A stretch of 64,000 nucleotides of DNA from an uncultured Gammaproteobacteria bacterium (GTDB taxonomy: Bacteria; Patescibacteriota; Microgenomatia; UBA8517): assembly GCA_964427735.1 (NCBI GenBank), contig CAYRUS010000001.1, forward strand, positions 25,856 to 89,855, in the 5' to 3' direction. A model generated the notes under the pieces. The model had not been told where the DNA came from. It did not search any database and saw only the letters and a list, made by a program, of their open reading frames with translations. Made by a program: the position numbers and the translations under genes. Positions 28,262 to 38,044 of the stretch are shown here, piece after piece. The stretch's first letter is position 1, and the number at the start of each line of letters is the position of its first letter.

Positions 28262-28843
28262 ATTAGAAGTAATCTTTTTTCGAGTAATCTCTTTCCTTAC
28301 AATCTGGCCAAAAAAATTTAACGTCTTCTTTCAGATATGTACTTAGCAATTCAAAATAATCATTAACAGTTGGGTCTTTTTTTATCTTTTCTGCTTTGAC
28401 TTCTCTCATTTCCTCGGTGGAAGCATTTTGTCTAAAGAGTATATAAATTTGCTTTCTTTGCTTTTTAGAGAAAAGTAATTTTTCAAAGTTATGTGTAAAT
28501 CTTTAAACTTATTAAAGCTTTTTGCCAACTTCTTTATCGCAGTTTTCTCTCCTACTGTTTTTTGCTTAATATTTGATGTAGACCTTCCATATGCAGGCAT
28601 GTTTCCTGAATAAACTTCTACCAGATCATGGACAAGTGCATACTTCATAAGTATTTCCTTTGAGAGATTTAATTTATGTCGGTCATTTATATACCAAGCC
28701 ACGAAGGCTAATTGAAAACTGTGTTGTGAATTACTTTCTGAAGAGTTATCTTTATTAGGTATTGTTTTTCGGTATACGCACGAAAACTTGTTAGTCATTT
28801 CAGCGAGCTGAAGTAACTCTATTAGATTATTTTTATCAATCAT
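28262..28843 (-). pseudogene. HD-domain phosphohydrolase (YfbR-like 5'-deoxynucleotidase family), reading frame broken
   Basis: ORF 28406..28843 has the ...H...HDLVEVYSGNMP HD motif and ends DKMLPPRK*. The adjacent frame continues LFRQNASTEEMREVKAEKIKKDPTVNDYFELLSTYLKEDVKFFWPDCKERDYSKKDYF* to 28262. The shift lies in 28410-28490, which is rich in A/T homopolymers. Confidence 0.5.
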
Positions 28844-28847
28844 ACGT

Positions 28848-29562
28848 TTAGAAATCTACAGTAAAATGCTCCGTCTCATCAAAGCTTACTGTGTCATTGT
28901 AATTTCTGATCCTCTCAATTGCTTTTAAATATACCTCGATATTGTCAAAAGGATTTTTAACATGATCTTTTAAAGAAGCTATCGGAACCCAAATATATTC
29001 TCCCTCATTACTTCCTTTTAATTTACCCGTAGGCTCTAGAATAAAAAAAATCTAAAAATAGCTTGTCATCAAGTAGCTCCTTAGTTTTTGTATCCCTTAC
29101 CAAAATATGGAAAATATTAAAAAGAATTGGATTTCCTGAAAGATTTGTTTCCTCTTTTAACTCTCTTCTTGCAGCATCTGAAAAAATTTCACCGTGTTCA
29201 ACCTTTCCAGCAGGAAATCCTTGTTTACCATAAAAAGGATGCTTTTTTCGTGTATAGATAAGACATTCTTGTTTATTTCCCTTTCCTCGTATGCAATATA
29301 GATGAACACTCACTTTCCTTGGTTTTATCAATTGATTTTTATCAGTGATAATATGGTTTGCAAACTTTTTCCCTTCTTTAGTTAGCGAATAATAACCTGC
29401 CTCTTTTTTTATGTAACCCATCTCAATAACTTTATTCAGATGAAACTGAAAAGTATTATTTTCTATTGATTTATCAAATTTCAGATCTTTGTATCGCAAC
29501 TTTTCAGCAAAAAGTAGTTTATTGAGTATTCCTATCTGCGTCTGGTGGTTAAGTGTTTGCAT
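28848..29562 (-). pseudogene. Winged-helix + NUDIX hydrolase fusion, frame broken at a T8 (plus-strand A8) run
   Basis: ORF 29023..29562 has Nudix box GKVEHGEIFSDAARRELKEETNL. Deleting one T of T8 (plus A8 at 29043-29050) extends it to ...DFFILEPTGKLKGSNEGEYIWVPIASLKDHVKNPF...HFTVDF*, ending at 28848. Confidence 0.5.
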
Positions 29563-29595
29563 AAGGAGATTTTAGGAATATAGCGTAATTTTGTC

Positions 29596-29616
29596 TAGTC
29601 GAGTAATATCGACTAA
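29596..29616. promoter_or_regulatory. Palindrome TAGTCGA-gtaatat-TCGACTA in the promoter region of the wHTH-NUDIX gene
   Basis: 7-bp inverted repeat, 34-54 nt upstream of ATG 29562. Confidence 0.3.
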
Positions 29617-29753
29617 TAGAAATAGCTAAACATTGCATAAAATAGCAAATGCTTCTTTGTAAAACGATAAATCTACCAGATTTAGCTTAGAGAAGTAGGT
29701 CCGAACATCATTAGGTAACTCACCTAAAATAGAATGGAAACATCCATTTCTAA

Positions 29754-31511
29754 TCATCTCAATAATAATTTTAGTTGATTTTCAATTCCTGTAATTTTAT
29801 TTAACCTAATTGCCTTTTTATATCCAAATTTTTTTGCAACACGAATTCCTCTTGCGTACCAAATAGGTGAAAGATTTTTCGTTAACAAATTTTTAATAAA
29901 AACTTTGAAATTACTTTTAACAGTTTGATTAGGGGCGGCATTTGGCAAATCGATATATAAAACTGATTTCTCTATTTCTTTCCATAAATTTTTCAATCTT
30001 TTTTGCTCAGAAACTTTACTAGCAAATTTTGGTTTCCCACACATGCAAATAACCTTCCCACCTTTTTGAATAAATTGAGATATCTTTTCTAAGACTTTTA
30101 TCGATATTATTTCTGATTTAGGAAGGATTAAAAATTTATAATTGTCCAAACTGTCATTTTCTATTGAAAAATCTGGAAGATAGTCAAACTCCACATTAAT
30201 GTTAAAACAGGCAAATGATGCAGCCTGAAATGCTTTATCAATAGTATATGCTTGCTTTGTATCACCAGGTGATAAATATCCCCACACCGACTCTATTGGA
30301 TAATAAATAGCTGTTTTGGGCTTTTTCAACTTTGTATCCTGGAAAACTCGCTTTGTAGATTTCACAAATTTATCAAAATTTCGCCAGAATTTGTGTGCCA
30401 TAAAAGACGGTGGACAATCGTGATATCTTTCACCTCTCAAAGAATAAAATAAAGCATGAGGAATAAGTACTGTAAGACCTTGTTGAGCTTGCCACTTAAC
30501 TACCTCATCCATTTCTTTTCTTGTCAAGTCCCAACCAAAAACACCAAATGTTTCTGCTGTAACACCATATAAATTAAATACCTTTCTTGCTGAATTTGCT
30601 AAATTGGAAGTGATCAATGCGCTTGGTTCGAGTTGGCTCAATAAATCATACCCAGCAAAATCCAAATATTTCATTGTGGCAAAGAAGTTTCCCTGTGTTC
30701 TTGCTGTATTAACCATATCTTCTTCAGTTAACACGTGGCCAATAAAAAGAACCCCTCTTTTATGACACCACTCTTGTATAGGTTTGAAATAGCTCTCCTG
30801 ATAAAGTTTGCTGATTGTTTTCCAATAATCAATCCTGATTTCAATTGACCTATGTCCTTGATTTTCAAAAATAAAATCTAAAGATTTTTCCAATGAGTAG
30901 CCATTTATTTTCTTAAAATGTTTTGGTAAATTTTCTGTCCAAGGAATAGAATTAGGATCAGAATCAGCAAAATTATTGTACATTCCGGGCTCATCTGTAA
31001 AAAACCCTACAATTACTTTGCCAAAATATTTTTTAAACCTCCTCCAGTATTCTTCATAAACAAGATCTATAAAAGAGTTGGTTGTTTCAGGATTAAGAAC
31101 GTCAATATATCGATCTGTAGAATATGCAGGTTTCCAGCTTGTTTTTTTAACTTTATACCCCTTGGATGTCTTAACTAAATGCTTTCCACATAAGTTTGGG
31201 TCTTTCTTAAGCAATTTTCCACCCGCATAACCACTTGGCCAGTTTAACTCATCATAAATCCATATTTTCATTTTATTACTAGCAGCTTCTTCTAGTACAA
31301 AGCCAACCGCGTCAAACCACTCTTCAGATAAATATGGTGTTTCTAATCCAAATCTAGGGTGGATGATTACTTGGTTCATCCCTTTTTCTTTAATTTCAAG
31401 TAGCTGTCTCTTTAGCTTTTCTTTCTCAAGTTTGTCATTCCACATCCAAAATGGAACAACAGCTTCTTTTTTAAACTCATTAGCTATTCTTAATATGTTT
31501 TTGTTTTTCAT
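29754..31511 (-). CDS. Putative glycoside-hydrolase-like protein (TIM-barrel GHL-type, family uncertain)
   Basis: 585 aa. FWMWND...IHPRFGL...WIYDELNWPSGYAG is reminiscent of GH-like TIM barrels. The start is ATGA-coupled to the upstream oxidoreductase stop. Confidence 0.4.
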   Translation of the reverse strand: MKNKNILRIANEFKKEAVVPFWMWNDKLEKEKLKRQLLEIKEKGMNQVIIHPRFGLETPYLSEEWFDAVGFVLEEAASNKMKIWIYDELNWPSGYAGGKLLKKDPNLCGKHLVKTSKGYKVKKTSWKPAYSTDRYIDVLNPETTNSFIDLVYEEYWRRFKKYFGKVIVGFFTDEPGMYNNFADSDPNSIPWTENLPKHFKKINGYSLEKSLDFIFENQGHRSIEIRIDYWKTISKLYQESYFKPIQEWCHKRGVLFIGHVLTEEDMVNTARTQGNFFATMKYLDFAGYDLLSQLEPSALITSNLANSARKVFNLYGVTAETFGVFGWDLTRKEMDEVVKWQAQQGLTVLIPHALFYSLRGERYHDCPPSFMAHKFWRNFDKFVKSTKRVFQDTKLKKPKTAIYYPIESVWGYLSPGDTKQAYTIDKAFQAASFACFNINVEFDYLPDFSIENDSLDNYKFLILPKSEIISIKVLEKISQFIQKGGKVICMCGKPKFASKVSEQKRLKNLWKEIEKSVLYIDLPNAAPNQTVKSNFKVFIKNLLTKNLSPIWYARGIRVAKKFGYKKAIRLNKITGIENQLKLLLR

Positions 31512-32821
31512 CAGCCGATCATTTGAAGAACTTTTAGTACTGTTTCTTTGCCTTGTTTGTATGCTACATCACTATTGCAGTAATCAAAACTACCACCTCT
31601 TCCACAGTGATAAACATCATATTTGTTGTAAAATGAATGAATCTCATCTACAGTTTCTCTTAGACCATTTAATTGAAGAGGATAGGCAAACTCTACTTTT
31701 AACATATCCCAAGCGATTGGTTTTCCTAAATCTTTAAGACCATCGACTTCTTTAAAATCAGCAATGATTTTTCTCAGATATTCTTTTGACTTTTCTTTGG
31801 AAATATTTGTATTTTTTACCGATAACTCAACAGAAATAGGGGTAAGGTTTTCCCTACTAAGTGCAGGGCAAAGATTTTGTAACACTGAAACCCTACGAAA
31901 AATATATTTTTTTTCTGGATAATAAATTGCTGTTCCATCTAATTCATGTCTTCCATCAAAAACCAAGTTATAAACTAAAATGCTTAGTCTTTTAAGTTTT
32001 TCGTTACCTTTAATTTTTAAGCTTTTAGGTAAGCCATCAGTTATCTGTGCAATGGAGTCTAGGGGAAGAGAAGATATCAAGTATTTGTAATAATATCTGC
32101 CCTTATTTGTATCAATATATTTTTTCTTTATGTTAATAGATAAGACTTCAGTGTTGGTGAAAATTGGTACAGCAGCCTTTGCCATGGCATTTGTCAAAGT
32201 AGATATATTCCCTTTTTTGGGATAGTAGTAAGATTTATTTGGCGAGAGACGTCTTTTAGATCCTTCAACAACCTCATTGTAATCAACCTTTACAGGTCTG
32301 CCAAGTGCCCATTTATAATCCATTTTAGCTAAATCTACTTGCCACTTTTTTTCTTCATATGGAAAAAGTACTAAGTTGCAAAAATATTCTCCAAAATTGT
32401 TTATTAACCAATCTCTATAGCTTTTTATTCTTTTAGGTGATTTCCGTGTCCTTTCTAAATCATTTATTATTTTTTTCCTTTCGGCTTCAGAGATATCAAC
32501 TAAATAACGTTGCAGAGGAAATCCAAGAAGGCCATATTTTGAAAGGTAAGTTCTCTCTACAACAGGATATTGTTCATAATTTCCTTCTAAAAAAGATAGA
32601 ATTTCTTCTTTATATTCTGAATCATCAAGAAGAAGTATTTTTGGACCGTAGTCAAAATCACATCCGTATAAACTTGTATTTTTGTTTAATCCACCTGGGT
32701 CAGAATCTTTTTCCAAGATAATACTGTCTTTCCCAGCTGTCCTTAATGCAACTCCTGCTCCAAGACCTGCTATACCAGCTCCTAGAACAATAAATTCGTA
32801 ATGGTTTTTATTTTCCTGCAT
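31511..32821 (-). CDS. FAD-dependent oxidoreductase (amine-oxidase / UDP-galactopyranose-mutase-like Rossmann protein)
   Basis: VLGAGIAGLGAGVAL dinucleotide-binding motif ...EKDSDPGG. I chose the start at MQENK (32821). The longest ORF begins at 32881. Confidence 0.55.
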   Translation of the reverse strand: MQENKNHYEFIVLGAGIAGLGAGVALRTAGKDSIILEKDSDPGGLNKNTSLYGCDFDYGPKILLLDDSEYKEEILSFLEGNYEQYPVVERTYLSKYGLLGFPLQRYLVDISEAERKKIINDLERTRKSPKRIKSYRDWLINNFGEYFCNLVLFPYEEKKWQVDLAKMDYKWALGRPVKVDYNEVVEGSKRRLSPNKSYYYPKKGNISTLTNAMAKAAVPIFTNTEVLSINIKKKYIDTNKGRYYYKYLISSLPLDSIAQITDGLPKSLKIKGNEKLKRLSILVYNLVFDGRHELDGTAIYYPEKKYIFRRVSVLQNLCPALSRENLTPISVELSVKNTNISKEKSKEYLRKIIADFKEVDGLKDLGKPIAWDMLKVEFAYPLQLNGLRETVDEIHSFYNKYDVYHCGRGGSFDYCNSDVAYKQGKETVLKVLQMIG

Positions 32822-33557
32822 ACCTTTTATCAGCTTCCTCGTATATATCAATACTTCCTCCAACGTCTGACCACCAACCACTGATTGCGCTGAATTTTAA
32901 GTTACCTTCTTTAGCATATAAACTGTTTAGATCCCATACTTCTGTTTCTCCCCTTTTTGATGGATTGAGATTTTCTATTCTTTCAAATACATCCTGATGA
33001 TACATATAGATTCCTAAATCAATTAATCCACTTTCGTGTCTGTTTTTATCTTTAGACAAAATTTCATGCACATTATCACCTTGATTAATAAGAGGACTGT
33101 ATCCTGCAGTATCTTTTAAATAGGTAGTTGTTAATCTTGCCCCACTTTTTTGCTTCATAAAATCACTAACAGGTTTTTTTATACCTTCTTCAATGAGTAC
33201 ATCTCCACAAACAACCACAATCTTTCCCCTCTCAATAAAATTCTTCGCTTGATAAATTGCTGAAGGTATTCCTTTTCCTTCTGGATGTTGCCAGATATAT
33301 GCAAGGCTTCTTAGTCCTAAATCGGATCCATCTTTAAGTATTTGCATAAACTCAGAAGCATATCTTTCATCAATTAATAGTAAAATATCTTTTATGCCTG
33401 CATTTATTAATTGGTCAATAACTCTTACTACCAAGGGCTTTCCACCTACGGGTAGAAGTTGTTTACTTATTTGAGCTGTAAGTGGAAGCAAGCGCGTCCC
33501 TCTACCTCCCGCCAAAACCAGACCTTTAACCTCTGTAGATTTTGTTAGAGTAGACAT
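32808..33557 (-). CDS. Sugar-phosphate nucleotidyltransferase (RmlA/GlmU-like)
   Basis: GLVLAGGRGTRLLPLT signature. I chose the start at the internal Met (MSTLTKSTEVKG). The longest ORF begins at 33608. Confidence 0.7.
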   Translation of the reverse strand: MSTLTKSTEVKGLVLAGGRGTRLLPLTAQISKQLLPVGGKPLVVRVIDQLINAGIKDILLLIDERYASEFMQILKDGSDLGLRSLAYIWQHPEGKGIPSAIYQAKNFIERGKIVVVCGDVLIEEGIKKPVSDFMKQKSGARLTTTYLKDTAGYSPLINQGDNVHEILSKDKNRHESGLIDLGIYMYHQDVFERIENLNPSKRGETEVWDLNSLYAKEGNLKFSAISGWWSDVGGSIDIYEEADKRYAGK

Positions 33558-33614
33558 AGAAAGTATTATTATAAGACCTATAATAATACTTTCAGGGATA
33601 TTTTTCAAGTTTTA

Positions 33615-34331
33615 CTAAATATCATGTACAAGTTTTTCTACAGTAATTATCCCATTCCATTTACTTTCAATTTCCCTTTTTATTTGTTTAAAATGTAATG
33701 AATGCTTTTTCTGAGGAATTAAAAAATAAACCATATGAGTTGTTTTGATTGCGTATGTCTCCTGGTTTCTAAGATGTTCATAAATTTCATCAATCTTGTT
33801 TCTTATATATTCAACTCTGTTTACTCTTGGAAAGTGCTGATAGATCAATAAAGAATGGTTCTCATTCCAAAGACTTAATATCTCATCCCAGAATACATAT
33901 TTAGAACTGTTTTTCCTTCCCTTGATAATAGAACGAGTTGCTATCCCATTATCAGGATCTAGAAAAACAATATCACTATCATTTGAAAATTCTTTAAGTT
34001 TTTTAAAATACTTATTCCTTTCTTTTAAATTATCCTTCAGTTCTTCCCAAAAGTATTTTGCATTAGGAACAATATTTTGTTCTTCAACTAGACGTAAATT
34101 TTTTGTTTTACGGACAACTACTGCATGGTGTAAAAAATCAAATATACCTGGTTCAAAAGGTCTCCATTTATCTGAATTTAATAAATATTTGTTTATATTG
34201 CCATCATTCCTATAATCATTAGAGGTTAATAACCAGGCAACAGCTATTTGCAGTTTTCCATTGTCTGAAATGTCGTTAAGAAGACTATATTTTTTATAAT
34301 CACTTATATCACCAAAATATTGATGCTTCAT
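33615..34331 (-). CDS. Hypothetical protein, first gene of the sugar-modification operon
   Basis: 238-aa ORF, 6 nt upstream of the nucleotidyltransferase ORF. Confidence 0.4.
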   Translation of the reverse strand: MKHQYFGDISDYKKYSLLNDISDNGKLQIAVAWLLTSNDYRNDGNINKYLLNSDKWRPFEPGIFDFLHHAVVVRKTKNLRLVEEQNIVPNAKYFWEELKDNLKERNKYFKKLKEFSNDSDIVFLDPDNGIATRSIIKGRKNSSKYVFWDEILSLWNENHSLLIYQHFPRVNRVEYIRNKIDEIYEHLRNQETYAIKTTHMVYFLIPQKKHSLHFKQIKREIESKWNGIITVEKLVHDI

Positions 34332-34494
34332 AGTTGAAGGTTATTGCAAATTAAGTCAAAAATCAAAGCTTTTGAATATATAAATTGCTGGCGCTCCAAC
34401 CAGCGGGCATAACTTTACACAAATAAAAAGACTTTTTGTAAGATATGGAGAAAGTGTTGATGATATAGAAGTTAGATATTGCAGATTGAGCTTC

Positions 34495-35250
34495 TTATTT
34501 AATAAATTCTCTCAAAAATCGTTGATACTTTCTTAACATATCCTGTCTCTCTCTAACATCTCTGACGTGCATAAGCGGTTCATCTAAACTAGACACTTTT
34601 CTTATTGATAGCCTTAACTCCTCTGCTTCAGGGTTGGTGTGATTTATATAAATATCATTAACTACAACATTGAGGAGGCTTTGATCTATCAACAATCTAA
34701 CTAACACTCGTGTAAAATCTCTTGATTTAATATTATGCAAAATATGGGGTATGTCTGCTTTTGATCCAATTTCTTGAAGAAGCATATTCAACTTCCTTAC
34801 ATCTTCGCTAAATACAGATGGTACTGTATAAGTTTTTATTCTTATCCTATCGTAAAAATTATTTATTAATTTATTAAAGCCTGAATTATTGTAAGGATTC
34901 GAGTCTTCATCAATGAATGCTAAGACATAAACTTCTGCATCTCCACCAGGTAATTTATCCTGTAGAATTCTACTAGTTCCAACTACTGATCCACCGCCCT
35001 TTACATTATCTATCAACCCAACTCTATTAAGTGACTTACGTGCTTTTGATTGTATATGACGAATAATCGCATCGATAGTGTTTCCCTTTCCTGATCCGTA
35101 ATGACTTTTCGTACTATCTTTTATGTCAGTATGTACTCCCACTGGTAAAGGTATCATGACTGGCAATTCTAATTCTTTTAAATTATCCAATTCTTCCAAA
35201 ATCCAGGTTATTGGACCAGTTCCCCTTTCTGTATAAAATATACAGTCCAA
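34495..35250 (-). CDS. Hypothetical protein (TTG start in the ORF track)
   Basis: 251-aa ORF. No family recognised. Confidence 0.35.
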   Translation of the reverse strand: MDCIFYTERGTGPITWILEELDNLKELELPVMIPLPVGVHTDIKDSTKSHYGSGKGNTIDAIIRHIQSKARKSLNRVGLIDNVKGGGSVVGTSRILQDKLPGGDAEVYVLAFIDEDSNPYNNSGFNKLINNFYDRIRIKTYTVPSVFSEDVRKLNMLLQEIGSKADIPHILHNIKSRDFTRVLVRLLIDQSLLNVVVNDIYINHTNPEAEELRLSIRKVSSLDEPLMHVRDVRERQDMLRKYQRFLREFIK

Positions 35251-35291
35251 ATTTTGTTCTTCAAGATCAAAACCTGCAGTATGTACTTTGT

Positions 35292-35507
35292 CTACAAAAT
35301 CTCTGTACTCGTGTGGTGATCTCCTATATTTCCTGTTATCAAAAAAAATCGTAAATACCTATTTTGGTTTTCGTCCCATGGCTTCCATAAATGCGACTTA
35401 TCGATTGGTTTACTTTCTGGAAGTTTCTCTGTAATGGTCTCAATTATTCTAAATTTTCTAATAAATATCTTTAAATAATATTTTTCCGAAATAGAAGTTA
35501 CCAGCAA
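35292..35507 (-). CDS. Small hypothetical ORF containing a T8 (plus-strand A8) run
   Basis: 71 aa. It may be a fragment of a larger decayed gene, together with 34495..35250. Confidence 0.2.
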   Translation of the reverse strand: MLVTSISEKYYLKIFIRKFRIIETITEKLPESKPIDKSHLWKPWDENQNRYLRFFLITGNIGDHHTSTEIL

Positions 35508-35524
35508 CGCATAAAGTTATTCTG

Positions 35525-35983
35525 CTATAACTCAGGAACAATATAGCCAAGGACATCAAAGTCCGGGTGCCATATTTCAATCATGTCATCAGTAAATTCT
35601 CTAATATATTCGGAAGTCCCCAACTTCTTTTTTTTATATTCTTCAAAATTTTTAATCTCAAAATCGCCACAGCCAACATGCATTCTATAAGGATCTACTA
35701 CTCTTATGCCCAACTATTTAATTTCTTCTCCTGATATTTTTTCATCAACAACTGAATAATAACTAGTTTTTGAATTAAATGGAGCAGGATCTCCTTTTTC
35801 TGAAACTGCATTATAAATATACTCGTACTCATCGAAATAGTGAGCAAATAGTTTAAGTGTGTTTATAGGAAGTTCTTCTATTAAAACTTCTTTAGAAAGT
35901 TTCCTTAATTCTGAAGCAATATATTCATAAGCTTCATTCAACTCCTTTTCTGTCTTTATTGGGCTAAATTTGTATAGGTTCAT
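35525..35983 (-). pseudogene. 152-codon reading frame interrupted by one in-frame TAG
   Basis: The ORF-track ORFs 35714..35983 and 35525..35713 are contiguous and in the same frame. Only TAG at 35714-35716 separates them (...SGEEIK-TAG-LGIRVVDPYRMHVGCGDFEI...). Confidence 0.35.
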
Positions 35984-36642
35984 GCTAAAAACTTCTCAAT
36001 TTCATTCATAACTAATTCACATTCTTCTTTTGATTTTCTAAAGTTATGTCCCATACTGGGTTGTCTAACTACATAAGTATCATTAGCATTATTTGCTATC
36101 TTTTCAGTAACTTCTGGTATAACGCTTGTATCCTCAAGGGCAATAAATATCATTAGGGGTCTATTTAAGCCCCTTACGGCCTCGGAAGCTGAGTATTTAG
36201 AAGCATCTTGGGCAAAAGAATATGGGACTTTGAATTCTCTGTATTTGTTTGGATGGTTAGGTAAATCCCTTTTTGAGACCCTGACACCATTTTCTTTCCA
36301 TTTATCTACTGAATCCTTACGACCATCCGGGGGGCAGAGAGCAGCAATCTTAGTAACAGCAGGATTCTTACTTCCGGCAATTATTGCTATCATACCACCC
36401 TGACTATGTCCAATAAGTATGATTTCTTCAGCATCTTGTTCCTTGTAAAAGTTTATTCTCTCTTCAACTTGATTGAGGATATTAGTAATCGTATAATTTT
36501 TAATATTTCCTGTGCTCCATAAGTTACCTGGATCAATTCTCTCAACTGAATAGCCCAATTCTCTGAGTCTTTTCTCAAAAACCTTCATATGAAGATAGTC
36601 CGGTGAGCCTAAATATCCTGGAATTAATATTGCCTCTTTCAT
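35980..36642 (-). CDS. Alpha/beta-hydrolase (serine hydrolase, YdeN/RBBP9-like)
   Basis: GHSQGG nucleophile elbow. 220 aa. Confidence 0.6.
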   Translation of the reverse strand: MKEAILIPGYLGSPDYLHMKVFEKRLRELGYSVERIDPGNLWSTGNIKNYTITNILNQVEERINFYKEQDAEEIILIGHSQGGMIAIIAGSKNPAVTKIAALCPPDGRKDSVDKWKENGVRVSKRDLPNHPNKYREFKVPYSFAQDASKYSASEAVRGLNRPLMIFIALEDTSVIPEVTEKIANNANDTYVVRQPSMGHNFRKSKEECELVMNEIEKFLA

Positions 36643-36660
36643 CCTTGTTTAATCTAACTT

Positions 36661-37158
36661 TTATGAAGATAAGGCTCTTTTTATGCTTTTTTCAGCAGAA
36701 TCGAGATTTTTACCTAATACAAAGGCAAATTCTTCAGATAAGCTTCTAATTGCCTCATCTAAAAGCCTTCGTTTAGTCAAAGAAAAACTCTTGTCTTCGT
36801 CATTTTTTTCTTGCCAAAGATATTTCGCCACTAAAGCAGTTTGTTCGATTTCATTCTCTGAAATTTTTTCCTTTAGAATATCCGTGTCTATCTTTGAATT
36901 GGAGTTTTTGATTGCAAGTAAATTTCTAACTTCTCTTATTTTGCTCTTGTCTACAGGCTTTCTGATATCGCTGCTTTTTAAGCTTTTTAAAGGAATAGAA
37001 ACTATCGTTGAAGTATTGGATCCATTTGCAAAATATGGTTTGAAGTAAACTATCTTATTTTTTTCACCTAATGCTTCACGGATACCAATCTTAAAAATTC
37101 TAAATATCCTGCCATTATCTACTATCTTATCTCCCACTTTCAGCCCATCTGTGCTCAT
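36661..37158 (-). CDS. CarD/CdnL-family RNA-polymerase-binding regulator
   Basis: The N-terminus MSTDGLKVGDKIVDNGRIFRIFKI resembles the CarD_CdnL_TRCF domain. The protein is ~165 aa with a helical C-terminal domain. Confidence 0.5.
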   Translation of the reverse strand: MSTDGLKVGDKIVDNGRIFRIFKIGIREALGEKNKIVYFKPYFANGSNTSTIVSIPLKSLKSSDIRKPVDKSKIREVRNLLAIKNSNSKIDTDILKEKISENEIEQTALVAKYLWQEKNDEDKSFSLTKRRLLDEAIRSLSEEFAFVLGKNLDSAEKSIKRALSS

Positions 37159-37285
37159 ATAGGTATATTATAGCATTTTTTTACTCTATTTACAAAAGAA
37201 ATTACCTATAATTAGGCGTTTTTAAAACAACAAATTTTAGTAAAAAGCGATATTTCTTGAAACTTTCAGTTTTACATTTATATGA

Positions 37286-37981
37286 TTAAGCGAGTGATTG
37301 TTGAACTTGGCTTTGTTTAGGTTTTTTCTTTGCTTTTTGCAGCAGTTTCATAACATCATTATCCGAAACCTGATTAAAGTTCTTATAATACTGCCCAATT
37401 GCAGTCATATAAATAGGGGATAATATGCAAATAACCTCATCCGCTAGATCTTCAATCATAGATATTGTATCTTTTGCACATACCGGCGAAGCAAAAATAA
37501 TTTTAGAAGGAATAAGTTTTCTAAGACCTTTTATAGCTGCTTTGGCAGTTACACCTGTTGCTAATCCATCATCTATCAAAATAACAGTTTTTCCTTTCAA
37601 ATTTAACGACTCATTTTTGCGATACTTTTGTACTCTTCTATCTAGTTCTTCTTTTTCCTTAATGATATAACTCTCAATGTCTTCTTTTGATAACTTGAGA
37701 TAATCAATTGATTCAGCATCCAAAACAATTGTATTTTCTTCTGCAATTGCTCCTATTCCAAATTCTGGACTTGTGGGGGCACCAATCTTTCTAGAAACAA
37801 AGACAGTTAGTGGTAAATTTAACTTTTTTGCTACTTCATAAGCCACAGGGACACCACCTCTGGGTAATGCAAGAATTATCACATGCTTGGAATTTCTATA
37901 AGAATCTAGTGCCTTTGCCATAATTTTACCTGCTTGATGTCTGTCCTTATAAGAAGAATTAAGCATGTTTATATATATCAT
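37286..37981 (-). CDS. Phosphoribosyltransferase-family protein (type I PRTase fold)
   Basis: PRPP-binding motif VILIDDGLATGVT. Confidence 0.6.
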   Translation of the reverse strand: MIYINMLNSSYKDRHQAGKIMAKALDSYRNSKHVIILALPRGGVPVAYEVAKKLNLPLTVFVSRKIGAPTSPEFGIGAIAEENTIVLDAESIDYLKLSKEDIESYIIKEKEELDRRVQKYRKNESLNLKGKTVILIDDGLATGVTAKAAIKGLRKLIPSKIIFASPVCAKDTISMIEDLADEVICILSPIYMTAIGQYYKNFNQVSDNDVMKLLQKAKKKPKQSQVQQSLA

Positions 37982-38044
37982 GCTTTAAAAATATAAGTTG
38001 AAGAGTAAAAATGATTTAACTGAGTGTAATAAATTAGTAAGAGA

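Noticed and set aside
34350-34372. GCTGG-cgctccaa-CCAGC hairpin between two minus-strand genes
   Set aside because: A 5-bp stem is followed by A/T-rich sequence but no real U-run. It is terminator-like but weak.
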